The notes below the pieces were generated by a model. The model saw only the letters and a list, made by a program, of their open reading frames with translations. It had not been told where the DNA came from and searched no databases. A DNA stretch of 58,040 nt, counting the filler, from Sphacelaria rigidula (taxonomy: Eukaryota), in assembly GCA_964200075.2 (NCBI GenBank). It is 8 parts of 8 records of this genome, joined end to end, with 100 filler letters (N's around TTAATTAATTAA, not from the genome) between each part and the next. Parts side by side here need not be neighbours in the genome. Positions count along the whole stretch, not along the records: positions 1 to 7,168 come from CAXNAA020016159.1; positions 7,269 to 14,436 come from CAXNAA020016160.1; 6 more parts are not named here. One strand, written 5' to 3'. Position numbers and translations under genes: made by a program. Position 1 is the stretch's first letter. Every line of letters begins with the position of its first letter. Shown in pieces: positions 1 through 11,567 of this stretch.

Positions 1-1687
1 ACAACCCCCCGCATACACACACAAGATCTAGGGGACCTAGTTTGATATTTTGCTGGCGTCGCGTCAGCGGCCCGAAAATCCCCCCCCCCCAGAGCGGAAA
101 ATTCCTTGTTTTAGTACATTTGGGTTATTTGCGAGTCAGCATCACGCTCAAACGCAAAATAGCGATTTTCGCACGAGTATGTGCATTACATCTGCTGGCA
201 ACCGCGTTCATGTATTTAATAATTGTGTGGAAGTCGTGAGACTCCCGGTGACGGTAGAAACCGTCGAAGGTGGCCGATAATTTCCCTCGGGTTATGTAGT
301 CAAGGATTGACCGTAAGTCGTGGGGTTGAGGCAAAGTGTATCAATCGGGAAAGCTCGACGAGCGCGAGCGAGTTAGCCCGATGACGAAGTCTGAGAGTCT
401 TGGTCAAGAGTGATCCCCAGGGACTGTCAGCAGTTCGCTGGGAAGATCCCTGTTACCTTGGGGTTCCAGATCCGGCTGTACAGATATGGAAGTTTCGGGG
501 CTCCTGCGAGCTTACCCCTGTAACAGCTGTTCACTAGGTTACACGTCATAAAAGGAAATCTCTCGGCACATGCCCAAATGGCGATCTCCACAATTGTCTG
601 TATATACTATGAATAGTATTAGAATGAGATGCAAACTGTGCGATGTTTGACAACCTTCATTTGGGCTGCGTCTTTCTTTTCTTGCGGCAAGCAGTGTGTG
701 GTGGATGGCATTTCACTTTGTGGCATGCCACCGGGTACTGCTTCGTTCTGTACGACTGTGCACAAAGGGCAAATTCGCCTTTCAACAGCGAGTACCCTTC
801 ATATATTGAGTTGCAGAGGAGAAGCCAAGGCGCGAAGAGTGATTTTGATTTCAGACTGCGCAACATGTATGCCTAGGTCCGCAGAGCCACGATTTTCAAA
901 GTGACTGCCTGTACACTGTACATACTGAGAATTGGGGGAAATTGACGTTGAAGATGTTGATTTGGACAGAGAGAACCAGACCGTGCCCAAGCGGCTGACA
1001 AGATGGGATTCCTTCCTCTCATGCCATGACCCTGATCCCATGGGGCCCATGAGAAATTCACTCTCCATTCCCGCAGTCATAGCTGTGTGTAGGACATGCA
1101 GCGCGTAGCCAATCCGCACGGCGTGAACCTCTTGATCGTCAACATCATTGGCATCGTTCTCATAGTTTTCGGATGCGTGACGCTGCTGCTCATGATCTCC
1201 AAATTTCCGTACTTTCTCGTTGTAGCACTATGTTAGGCACGCGTTTCACTGCAGTTACGTTGGTGTGTAGCGGCCACAACAGCTGCTGTTCGTACTCTTT
1301 TTTTGTTATCTTCGCAATGACGGTAAACGTGGGGTGGCAGCTCGCGGGCGTGTGCTTCCCAACTGGTACAGGCAAAGGCAACACACTCGCTAGTGCAACA
1401 AGATTGTCCATCTACTGATGTGGAGCGAGCTTTCCGAAGCAACAAAATCACCTCAGCACCGACCACTCCCAGGCTTGAATAAATGTACTAGAAATATAGT
1501 TCATTTCTTATGAGCCAAATCGTCATTTGTAGGTGACGCGTGTATTTTCCGTTGATATGACTCATGGATTACCGGCCACTTCTGACGCATGTAGCGTTCA
1601 CCTTGCACTTTCCATGAATGTAGTACCGAAAATCTGCAATTCCTACCCATTCTGTACTGTCTAATTTTTGGCCAAGAACGAAACTGT

Positions 1688-1891
1688 TGCAATGCGTGAG
1701 AGGACCGCATGCTTGGAGGACCGCGTCAGAAGTTGAACATCCCTATGGTTGGGGTTAGAGTCAGTGTTGGGGTTGGGTCAGGGTCGTGGTAACTGCAGGG
1801 ACTGGCCCGATTGGTTTCGGAAAACGTCGATTCTGAGGTGTTTCGAGCTACGGTGCGGTCCTCTAAGCACGCGGTCCTCTCACGCACTACA
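1688..1891 (+). mobile_element. MITE with TG..CA ends and degenerate telomeric core (older copy of the 23431-23647 element)
   Basis: ~37-bp TIRs TGCAATGCGTGAGAGGACCGCATGCTTGGAGGACCGC / GCGGTCCTCTAAGCACGCGGTCCTCTCACGCACTACA. Flanked by (A)CTGT on both sides (4-5 bp TSD). Aligns end to end with 23431-23647. Confidence 0.9.
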
Positions 1892-2309
1892 CTGTGACCT
1901 GCGGTAAACGCAAAGGTGCTCCGTAACGGTCTCAGGTGTCAACATCCGCTGAGCCCTCTTTTCGCGGCAAAAACGACGAAGGGTAAAAAAAGCACTTTCC
2001 AACAAGTTATATTTTTTTCGATACATAACAAGTATAACAAGTAGCCTAACGAAGGAAAAGAAAAATAGAAAATTGGAAGCGCGATTGCGAAGCAGAGCAA
2101 CCTATATCTAAAATCAAGTAAGAGGCAATGGTGCGTTCTCAGAGCTTCTGGGGCGAAAGAAATGCCCGGCAATATATGTACTCTAAAATCAAGTGAAAAA
2201 GTGCACCTGCGTCCAAGGCTCGTCATCGGCAAAAAAGACGAAATGTATTACTTCTACAAGGTTTTTGGCGCTTCGCGCCACCGCTCGATGGAGCGATTGC
2301 CAAGGATAG

Positions 2310-2391
2310 ATCACCTACTGAATCGGCATCAATAATCACTTGAAAAAATTATGCGTGATCAAGATGGGCCACCTGCATCGCGGTCTAAGGG
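2310..2391 (-). mobile_element. Partial piggyBac-like micro-MITE copy
   Basis: Reverse-complement match to 5922-6019 (GAATCGGCATCAAT..CACTTGAAAAA); ends CGCGGTCTAAGGG-TTGA. Confidence 0.7.
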
Positions 2392-3601
2392 TTGATGAGA
2401 TGAGCATCAGCCGTCGCCCACATCGGTGCAAAAGGCACTGATCTTGCACAACGAAAAAGATAGCCGTGAAGCTCCACCCGGTCTCCGTCCGAGAAATCAA
2501 CGCAAAATGAAGTCATTTACCATTCAAACAACTGTAAAACCCGAACGAATAGAGAATCGAAAGGACGCAGAAGACACTAATGCTGAAGAAGCAAAAATTA
2601 ACCGTGAATCTCCACCCATCCTCCGTCTATGATTATCTGCGCAAAATGTACTCATTTCAACCTTCAAACATCGACAAGACTCGACCGAAAAGTTGCAGTT
2701 CCGAAGTGCTCCTCCACGAGGCCCGAGATGATTTCTGGAGTAGCTTGCCACTCTTATGGCACCGAATCTTGATTGTTTTTAGACTTGAAAGTCGCAAACT
2801 CAAAATCGGGAGGACCGTTTCATGGTACAGACAGTATCACAGATTTGTGAAACAGTTCTGTACACAGACGGTCATTTTCTGCATGATGAGTGTGGTACCG
2901 CGTACTCGTGCATGAAGCCGACGAGCAGGCAGGTGGTAATACAGTGCAGGACACTCCATCATTACAGTGCATGACCATGCCGTGTGGTGGTACATGACGG
3001 CACAGTTGGTGTTACGAGAACAGTGAACAAAGAGTGCGCGAGCAGAGTTCAGTAGTGCAGTGCCATACATCACCCCTCAAGTACAGCGAAAACAGACGAG
3101 GAGAATATATTGCCGTTTGTTTTGATAGTGACACATGTGGCAGCGCAGCGCAGCATCAAATATTGCCATTTCCGCAGGGTACGGCGTCAGCACTCATTAT
3201 CCATTTGTCAAACCCCGTGCAAAGCTGCTTCAGCAGCTGGTGCGGGCAGGCACACCCTGCGCTGTCACGAGACTGTCTTCTGCTGCGATTGCGAAAGTAC
3301 CAAACGCCTCCTACCCTACCATTGTACGTCAATGATGTACGTCACCTCCTCAAAATCGGGGGGAGTCACGATCTCGGAATGATCTCGGGATTTTTTTTAA
3401 TCGGGAGAAATCGTTCTGAGATCGCGACACTCCGATCTTTTCTCCCCCGATTTGGTCCAGAAGATGCGTTTATCCCCGATTTTTTTTCCCCCGATGTTCA
3501 AAATTATCGAGATTGGTGACTTACACAAAAAAGATGGTCTGAAGCCCTCGATATCCCTGAGTAGGAGATCGACGTGTAGCTGTAAGCACACACCAGTGAT
3601 G

Positions 3602-3894
3602 CGCGCGAGGAGGGTAGTCCATCTGGATCACGCTTACTTTTTCAAGTGGAATTGATGCCGATTCAACAGGTGATCTACTCTTGCCCTCTAAGGATTTACC
3701 CTTGGACCGCGATGCGGGTAGTCCGCCTGGATAACGCATATGTTTCAAGTGAAATTGGTGCCGATTTAGCATATATATGACGTACCCTTGCGGTAAAAGG
3801 ACCGCGGTGCGGGTAGTCCATCAGCATCATGTATACTTTTTTCAAGCGAATATGATGCCAATTCAGCAGGTGACCTCTTCTAGCGGTCAAAGGG
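3602..3894 (+). mobile_element. Three head-to-tail copies of the piggyBac-like micro-MITE
   Basis: GGGTAGTCC..TTCAAG..TGCC(G/A)ATT core recurs at ~3612, 3716 and 3811. First junction reads CTAAGGA-TTTA-CCCTTGGACCGCG; array ends CAAAGGG-TTAA (3895-3898). Confidence 0.75.
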
Positions 3895-3904
3895 TTAAGG
3901 ACTA

Positions 3905-4310
3905 CACCAGAATCGACACTGTGTGTGTGTTGTCATCCCATCTTTTCTGGGCGCCGGTCTACATCTTTCGGTGTATGTGGGCGCACCATCCGGGGTCACA
4001 CAGGAGAAAGGCCAACACAGGAGGCTTTTTGTTTTTATTTGTGATAGTTATCCACCTTCCTTTTGCGGTACTTGTCTTTCAATTTTTATTGCGAGAGGGG
4101 TTCAGCAGTCCATTTCCCTCGTCGACCGTTAAGTTGAGTTTTGTGTACCCATGACATCGTCCCTCTCCATTTTTGGGCACTGTGTGAAAAAAAATCCCAG
4201 ATCGCTCCGAGATTTGAACCCACGATCCAGTGGAAGGCGATTGTATCCCGCGGAGATGTACCGCACGCATACTGACTCTGCACTCTATTGACTGCACGGT
4301 CAAAACGGGT
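3905..4310 (-). mobile_element. Possible tRNA-derived SINE
   Basis: Minus strand has a B-box GGTTCAAATC (4211-4220), a weak A-box-like segment near 4290-4305 and a (CA)n tail near 3920-3931. No TSD confirmed. Confidence 0.3.
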
Positions 4311-4467
4311 CAGGAGTTCCCCGGAACTATTTTCTATATAGATGCCCAGCATCCACATCATTATGAGAAAATGCGTTTTTGTGTAGTGAGAGAAGAGCTT
4401 TTCTGAAGCCCAGGTGTGGCATACTCGTAGTCCATCTTTTTCCGCCCGCGGGGTCACTGAGGATCAC

Positions 4468-4565
4468 CCCTTGGACAGCGAGAGCAGGTCATCTGTAGAA
4501 TCGACATCAATTTCACTTGAAACAAGAATGCATAGTCCAAGTGGACTACGTTCGCGGTCTAGGGG
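4468..4565 (-). mobile_element. piggyBac-like micro-MITE copy (inverted)
   Basis: CCCTTGGACAGCGA...TCGCGGTCTAGGGG ends; internal sequence is the reverse complement of 5922-6019. A further partial + copy follows at ~4576-4650. Confidence 0.75.
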
Positions 4566-4666
4566 TTGATCCTCACACCGTGATGGTGGTCCATCTGGAT
4601 TATGCATACTTTTCAAAAGTGAAAATGATGCCGACTCAACAGATCGGCCTTCCGGTAAATCTCTTC

Positions 4667-5490
4667 AGCGCCACAGGTGTTCATGTGCGGAATCGGCATC
4701 ATTTTTACTCGAAAAGGGCCTGAAAATGATGCCGATTCCACGAACAAATGAAGACCTCCATTGGGTCGTGGGGTTTGTATTTACGCCGTAGGACGAAGCA
4801 CTCTCTGCCTACGGAGCGATAGAGCACCCTCGCTGCCCGAGTGTTCGAGGTCTACCTTTCTCGGGGCACGGCTGGGGTTAGTGTTGAAGTGCAGTTGGGC
4901 CGGTCTATAAAACACGCGGGTATTGAGAATAAAGCCTTGCACCGCCGGATGTGTCCGTTTGTCGACGGCATCAATTAATTAAGTAGTGAAATCGGTATCA
5001 TTTTCATCAAAGCGCCGGAGGTGTTCACTTGTGGAATCGGCATCATTTTTACTCGAATAGGGGCTGAAAATGGTGCTGATTCTACAAATAAATGAACACC
5101 TCCACTGGGTCGGAGGGGTTGTATCTACGCTGTATAACAAAGCACTCTCTGCCTACGGAGCAATAGAGCACCCTCGCTGCCCGAGTGTTCGAGGTCTGCC
5201 TTTTATCGGGTTACGGCTGGGGTTAGTGTCGAAGTGCAGTTGCGTCAGTCTGTAAAAGATGCGGATATTGAGAAGAAAGGGGCCGAGAAAAATCTCGCTG
5301 CCCGAGTCTTCAAGATCTGCCTTTCATGAGTTACGGCTGGGGTTAGTGTTGAAGTGCAGTTGGGTCAATCAATAAAAGACACGGATATTGTGAAGAAAGG
5401 GGTTGATGACGAAGAAAAACCTTGGACCGCCGGAGGTGTACATTTGCTGATGGCATCAAAATAATTAATTTGTGAGATCAGCATCGCTTT
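4667..5490 (+). repeat. Tandem duplication, ~344-bp period, with an internal ~120-bp re-duplication
   Basis: AGCGCC..GGTGTTCA..GGAATCGGCATCATTTTTACTCGAA at 4667 and 5011; CGGCTGGGGTTAGTGT(T/C)GAAGTGCAGTTG occurs three times. Confidence 0.85.
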
Positions 5491-5921
5491 CAATATATCA
5501 AGGCCTGCGTTTGAGCGCTCGGCCGGAGCGATCTCAGCCAAGGCATATGTACTAGCGGCGATATTCACGTACGTAATGATCGTGCGACTGACGCCGTAAC
5601 GCTCAGCGAGAAGAAGGTCGCAGCCATAGCGAAATATATCTATATACACTACCCTGGGATGTACGGGGCACCTTCGCGCCAGGCGCGGCACGCGGTGAGC
5701 TCCAACGAAACACACTGCTGCAGAAAGGAGGGAAGTTGGGTAAGGGTGGAGAAATAGAGAGGTGTTGTGGCCAACAGCGAGAGAGGTGCGGGCGGCCGGA
5801 ACGGAGACTCGCGATGAGCTGAAGACAAAGTGAAAGAAATATTTTCACGTACGTGAAGAAAAACCTGTAGTGATTGATCACAGAGAAACAGAAGAATCAA
5901 ATATTGCGAAACGGGGGTTAA

Positions 5922-6019
5922 CCATTAGACCGCGAGGGTAGTCCATCTGAATCATGCATTCTTTTTTCAAGTGAAATTGATGCCGATTCAACAGATGGCC
6001 TACTGTCGCCATCTAAGGG
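5922..6019 (+). mobile_element. piggyBac-like micro-MITE (98 bp) with TTAA TSD
   Basis: TTAA (5918-5921) CCATTAGACCGCGAGGGTAGTCCATCTG ... CAGATGGCCTACTGTCGCCATCTAAGGG TTAA (6020-6023); ~28-bp imperfect TIRs. Confidence 0.85.
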
Positions 6020-6204
6020 TTAAACGGCTGGGAGCGTCACTGGGCGCGAAAGGAGGTCAAACGGCTGGAAACGTCACTGGTCCCAGAGTAAATTCCGCGC
6101 AAACGGCTGGCGGAGTCACTCGTGAGGTGGTGCCAAAGTGGCAAAGAAAAGAGTATGATAATCCGAGAGAGGTAGTGTAGTCAGTGGTCGAAGTGGCAAA
6201 AAAG

Positions 6205-6449
6205 ACTAATGCAGAGATAGCACCCTCACAAAAAGTGTACCGGAGACCATTTGACAAACCGGCTGCGATCCCACTATTGGGCTCGTTCGCAGCGATTTCG
6301 CCCACATGAGAGATGTGTAGCAGTCCAACATCGGCTATAAGGCCTACCTGAGTTGTCGTGCAGCATGACACCAGCTCTAACGGCATGTATGATCATCGCC
6401 TACGTGCACTTTTTTGGCCGATTCAAGGGGGGGCTATCTCGGCAGCAGT
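6205..6449 (+). mobile_element. ACT..AGT MITE (second copy of 22054-22299)
   Basis: ACTAATGCAGAGATAGCACCC ... GGGGGGGCTATCTCGGCAGCAGT; internal GACAAACCGGCTGCGATCCCACTATTGGGCTCGTT identical to the 22 kb copy; degenerate TSD AAAAAG/TGAAAG. Confidence 0.9.
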
Positions 6450-7168
6450 TGAAAGTGAAATCCCGAGAGAGAGGTTGAGTAGTCAGTGGTGCCGAAGTCG
6501 CAGAAAATTGTGAAATTCCGAATGACGGAAATTTCGCGACGAAAGCGCAAATTTCCAAGAGTAAACAGTAGACAGGAGATGCGGTTTATCACAGAGAAAC
6601 GGAATAATGAAATACTGGCCGCTGGTGCGTCGGACTTAAAAGGAATGGTGCGCTGTCAGGCACCGTGATTGTTGCACCTGCGTCCAGGTACTCGGAATGC
6701 GAACAAACTTAAGGCGTATGAATACAAGGTTTTTGGCGCTTAGCGCCCCCGCTCAATGGAGCGTTTCCCAAGGCAAAGGATAACGTGGAGTGTTCGGTGT
6801 TGAACCTATGATTTGCAGATGATTCGATATTCTAAAGTAAAAGTGGGATCCTAAAAAGAGGATGCCTGTGAGTTGGCGATCGCACAGCGGGCGTAGAACT
6901 GCCTGTGCAAGCGAAATAAGACAAGCTGCCAGCGAAAAAAATGAACCCCATCTAGTTGCAAACGTTACCTGCCATCAGGGCTCCGCGCCCGCGGGGTAAC
7001 ATGTACATTGACGTGCGCAACTTGATTTAAGTAGAGGGCATTTATCTGTTTCAGAGTCATGGTCTGCTCAACTCCTCAAAATAAAAATAAAAAAACGTTG
7101 GGAAATTACACAGAGGCAGTGCTGTACTGCTGATGAATCCAGCGAAGCCTGCCGTGATTTAGGGTGAC

Positions 7169-7268
7169 NNNNNNNNNNNNNNNNNNNNNNNNNNNNNNNN
7201 NNNNNNNNNNNNTTAATTAATTAANNNNNNNNNNNNNNNNNNNNNNNNNNNNNNNNNNNNNNNNNNNN
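7169..7268. other. Artificial contig linker
   Basis: N44-TTAATTAATTAA-N44 (stops in all six frames). Confidence 0.98.
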
Positions 7269-7528
7269 ATTCTTGTGTTTTTTGGGGGAGGTTTAGGCTA
7301 AGTGCCCCACCCACCGCCCCCCTGGAAAGGGACAAAATATGGCCGTTTTTGGGCCGGCTCAATGTTTTCCGGCCCTTCGGCCGCATGGTTCAAGCACAAG
7401 CTGAAAAAAAATAGATGGATTTCAACCCAAAAAACGGTGAAGATTTCGAAAAAATTAGCGCCGAAGACATCGGACACGGTTAAGAGGCCATAAAATCAAT
7501 TCGGCACAGACTTATGGGACAGAGGAAG
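7269..7528. mobile_element. Right end of a Stowaway/mariner-like element, truncated by the contig start
   Basis: Ends ...ACTTATGGGACAGAGGAAG followed by TA; same TIR as 9392 and 14366. Confidence 0.7.
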
Positions 7529-7606
7529 TATATATATTACACCGGCAATATATCGCAAAATTCCAATATGATCGACTAATATATATTGGAAACATATTGT
7601 ATTGTC

Positions 7607-8953
7607 CAGGGTGTGCATAGCTCACCCAGAGAGAACCTGGGCTGATGAACTACGGGTTGGTAGCTCACGTATGGCAAACGTGTGTAGCTCATACAGCTCC
7701 CAAAGCTCACCCAGGACGAATACGAGCTTATGAGCTACGGGTTGGTAGCTCACCCAGAGCAAACATGTGTAGCTCATGCATCTCCCACAGCCCATCCAGG
7801 GAAAACATATGCGGATAAGCTACGCTCGATAGCTCACCCGAGGGAAACATGTGTACCTTACGCAGCTCTTACAGCTCACCCGGGGAAAACATGAGCGGAT
7901 GAGCTAAGCCCGGTAGCTCACCCCAGGAACACATGCTCGTAGCTCTCTCACATCATGTTGGTAGCTCGCCGATGACCAACTCGGTGTTGCTTATCATGTA
8001 ATATTCTTGTTCGAACGGATGGCGTCACATATCATTAGGTTGTGGTGTTTTGCCTCACTCTTCGCGATAGGAAGAAATCAGTCAAAACAAATCTTCGTTC
8101 ATATCCGACTGGAGGGCCGTTAGAGCTGCTGGCAACCGCGGTCGCCATGCAGGGCGAATGGCGTGTGTGTGGTTGGGTGTGCGTCCGCGATTGTGTGTGT
8201 GTGTGTGGATGACTTTTGATGCAGCCATGTCGATGTTTACAACGAGCAAATCCATCGCTACACGAAACGGGACACAGGTGTGTGCACATCTAAGCGTCGT
8301 CACGTATGCACAGTATCGACGTGCGTGAGCGTCGAAACAAAAAGAACTCCAAGATCGGCGTTGCTCCCGCAGTTCTTTAGCTCAATCAGGGCGATCATGC
8401 CTAGCTCATATAGCTCTCATAGCTCATCCAAGGAAAAGATGCGGATGGGGGAAACATGCGGATGAGCTACGTCCGGTAGCCCAACCAGGGCAGACATGTG
8501 TAGCTTATGCATCTCTCGTAGCTCATCCAGGGCAGACATGTGTAGCTCATGCATCTCTCGTAGCTCATCCAGGGCAGACATGTGGAGCTCCTGCAGCTCT
8601 CACAGCTCACCCAGAACAAATATGAGCTGATGAGCTACGGGTTGGTAGCTCATGTAGGGCGAACACGGGTAGCTCATACAGCTCTCAACGCTCACCCAGG
8701 ACGAATATGAGCCGATGAGCTACGGGTTGGTAGCTTACGTAGGGCAAACGTCTGTAGCTCCTACAGCTCTCATAGCTCACCCAGGACGAATATGAGCCGA
8801 TGAGCTACGGGTTGGTAGCTTACGTAGGGCAAACGTCTGTAGCTCCTACAGCTCTCATAGCTCACCCAGGGAAAACATGCATAGCTCATGTAGCTCTCAT
8901 TGCTCACTAGGGAGCTACGCTAAAAAAGAACTAGCTCGAGCTACAGGGAGCTG
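7607..8953. mobile_element. Non-autonomous element (hAT-like CAG..CTG ends) with two AGCT-rich subterminal arrays
   Basis: Arrays at ~7610-7970 and ~8400-8950 built from 42-bp units (8485, 8527, 8569) and 85-bp dimers (8696, 8781) around a unique centre. Termini CAGGG../..GAGCTG; TSD not convincing. Confidence 0.5.
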
Positions 8954-9391
8954 ATCTGTCCGACGTGTGAACTATTCTACCGCACCACAATTGAAAGCAC
9001 ATCTCAAATCACGGGTTCCGGCCAAGCACCAAATTTTCTGGTGTCCTACATTGAGCTTTGCAGCGTCGCTCTGTCCAGATGACGCAAGTGCACCACAAAG
9101 CACCATTACGTGTTGTGATTCTCAACGACCAGCAGTAATCGGACCCAAAAGTGTGGAAGTCGCATCGTGAGTGTTTGTGGTAGAAATGAGGGCATGCCCA
9201 CCCAGCTGTGCTGCCCTCCCGAGCCCAAACAAAACAGCACAGCTCCATCACCAGCTGAAATATGTCTGACAAACGGTACATACCCCAAAAACAAGTGGTG
9301 CCCCTGCATGTAGACCACCCAGTAATGGTTTTCCTAACGTCCGACGCCAATACCCGAGTCTGCAAATGGTCGGTTGACAGCAAGTTCACTA

Positions 9392-10151
9392 CTTCCTCTG
9401 TCCCACAAGATAGGCCCGTTTGGAAAATCTCATTGGATAAGCCTGTTGTGAAATATTGCGATAATGTACCCAATACAGTTGTTTTCGACCTACGGACCTC
9501 CAACATGCCTTCCACATATGGTTGCCATCATCTAAAAAAACCCAAAATTAGCCCCAAAGGACCAGATGTTATCCCCGGCGTGAAAAAATCACGAAGTGGG
9601 CTTAGGTGGTGAGATTTTCCGAAGGAGAGCCAGAATTTTGACAGAACTTTGGCTCAATGTGCGTTACGGGGGGGTACAGAGAAGCTTTTTTTCGATGCTC
9701 AGACACACGGGAGTGTGTTTCGTGTTGGGGACATGTGTGAGAACAAGAAGATCCTCCAGATCCGGGGACAACATGATATTGTCCCCGGGATGGGCGCGTA
9801 TACCCCCGAATCCGGTATGCGTGCTCAAATAGTGTTGCGGTGGCGCCAGACTGAGAAATGACGGTTTCGGGCGGTTTTCCGAAACGCCTTGGGAACCATG
9901 AAAAAAAAAGCGTTTCTTCAAAAACCGATGGGAAGGTTGTCAACCGGTAGATTCCGGTTGTGCACGACCGACACACTCTGATCGCGTGAGTGTAGCTGCT
10001 TGTCTGTTGGGAGCTCGGCAAAAGCCCCGGTTTTGGGTTCTGCTCCAAAACTCCACGAGAACAAAAAACAAAACGCTCGGGAAAGGCCGAAAATACGCAC
10101 GAGAAATGCGGCAAAACCTCCAAACGGGCTTATCTTGTGGGAAAGATGAAG
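9392..10151. mobile_element. Stowaway/Tc1-mariner-like MITE, 760 bp
   Basis: 33-bp TIRs CTTCCTCTGTCCCACAAGATAGGCCCGTTTGGA / TCCAAACGGGCTTATCTTGTGGGAAAGATGAAG (3 mismatches), TA on both flanks. Confidence 0.9.
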
Positions 10152-11567
10152 TATATAGCAATATAGTGCACCGAGTAGGGCTGACTTGATACATACTTTC
10201 AAGAGAGGAGTTTCAAAGCATGATAGGCTGGGTGAGCACGCGAGGCATATATATACACGGCAAACATGTATATACTCGTGCCCAAGCATTTCCCTCGTGC
10301 CCAAGCATTTCCCGTGCTGCTCTCCAGACTTGAGACAAAAAAACATTCTCCGAAACGTTCTGAGGAATCCAGCCAATGCAACAACGTCTTCGTCATATTT
10401 CCCGCTAGAGAATGAACACTTCGCTGCCTACAATTATCACATCTTCCGCCGGAGCCGAGCTTGTTACACACATGTCATAGCCCCGTCGTGCACAATATGA
10501 CACCGATTCGGTGCCGGCAACGTTTGTTATAAATCATGGAAGCAGAACGCCTGAACCGCAGGAAAGTGACATATATACCCCGGGCAGAGGATTTCTCACG
10601 AAAACTATCTGGCGTCACCACAGGTAGTGCCACGTGAAGGGCGTCGAGGCCAACCTCACAGCTCACGCACGCTGCAAACGTGCTAGTCTTGAATTCCATG
10701 TATCATCGGACATCAAGCAAGCACTTCTCACATGCACACACGCCTGACAACAACTGCCTGCAGTGCAATATCCGCAGCGACAAGGCGTATGTTACACCTC
10801 ACGCTGACTGTCCGCTGCAAAGTCAACGATGCGAGCGGAAATGATCGGAGACCGACAAGCAAGCAAAGCTGGTATTGCACGTTGTTGCTGGGACACTCGC
10901 CAAACAATCTTCGTCCTGTCGACAGCTACAAGCGCTGCAACTCGCGGCCTCTGCAAATGACCATCCGTCGGCATGCCTGTGTATTTCCGGCTGCCACTAC
11001 GGTAGTACATACTGTATCGTTCAAGGTGCCCGTGCGTGTCTTGCGCTTCAGCTTACACTATAATGTAGCTTTGCCGTTTCCCGAGGATAGAACCCCTGTG
11101 AATTGATTTTTTGTATCGTGAGCATCCATGGCCCGTGGAGCGTTAGTGTAGTCACAGCGCACACTTTCGGAGCTTGTGTTTTCGGTATACTGTTGTCATG
11201 CAGATGGCTACGAGAAATTCTGTTGGGTTCTACACACGATCATTTTGTTACTTGAATTGGATCGAAGCCTGTCTATTCACGTGTCCACGTTATTTTGCCG
11301 GTTCTGTGGTAGCCATGTCAGAGTTTCACTTTTGCCGCCAGTTCAAAGGTGGTCATGTCACATGATGGCCCGGTTAAGGAATGGTCAACAGTGCTGCGCC
11401 GGCCGACATTCTCGTTATATTACACGCTTTGGAAACGTCCACCTTATCGTAGATGATGTCAAGGATCGCCGGCTCTCGGGGTGTACGCTGCACGCCTGAC
11501 CCCCCTTCCTTCAGGACAAACTACACCACTGTACTACCACGCCGCATCGACCACTGACTATACAGTA

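Noticed and set aside
6022..6120. Three ~20-bp repeats AAACGGCTGG...GTCACT with unique ~17-21-bp spacers, CRISPR-like
   Set aside because: Only three degenerate units, spacers too short, no cas genes, eukaryotic context.
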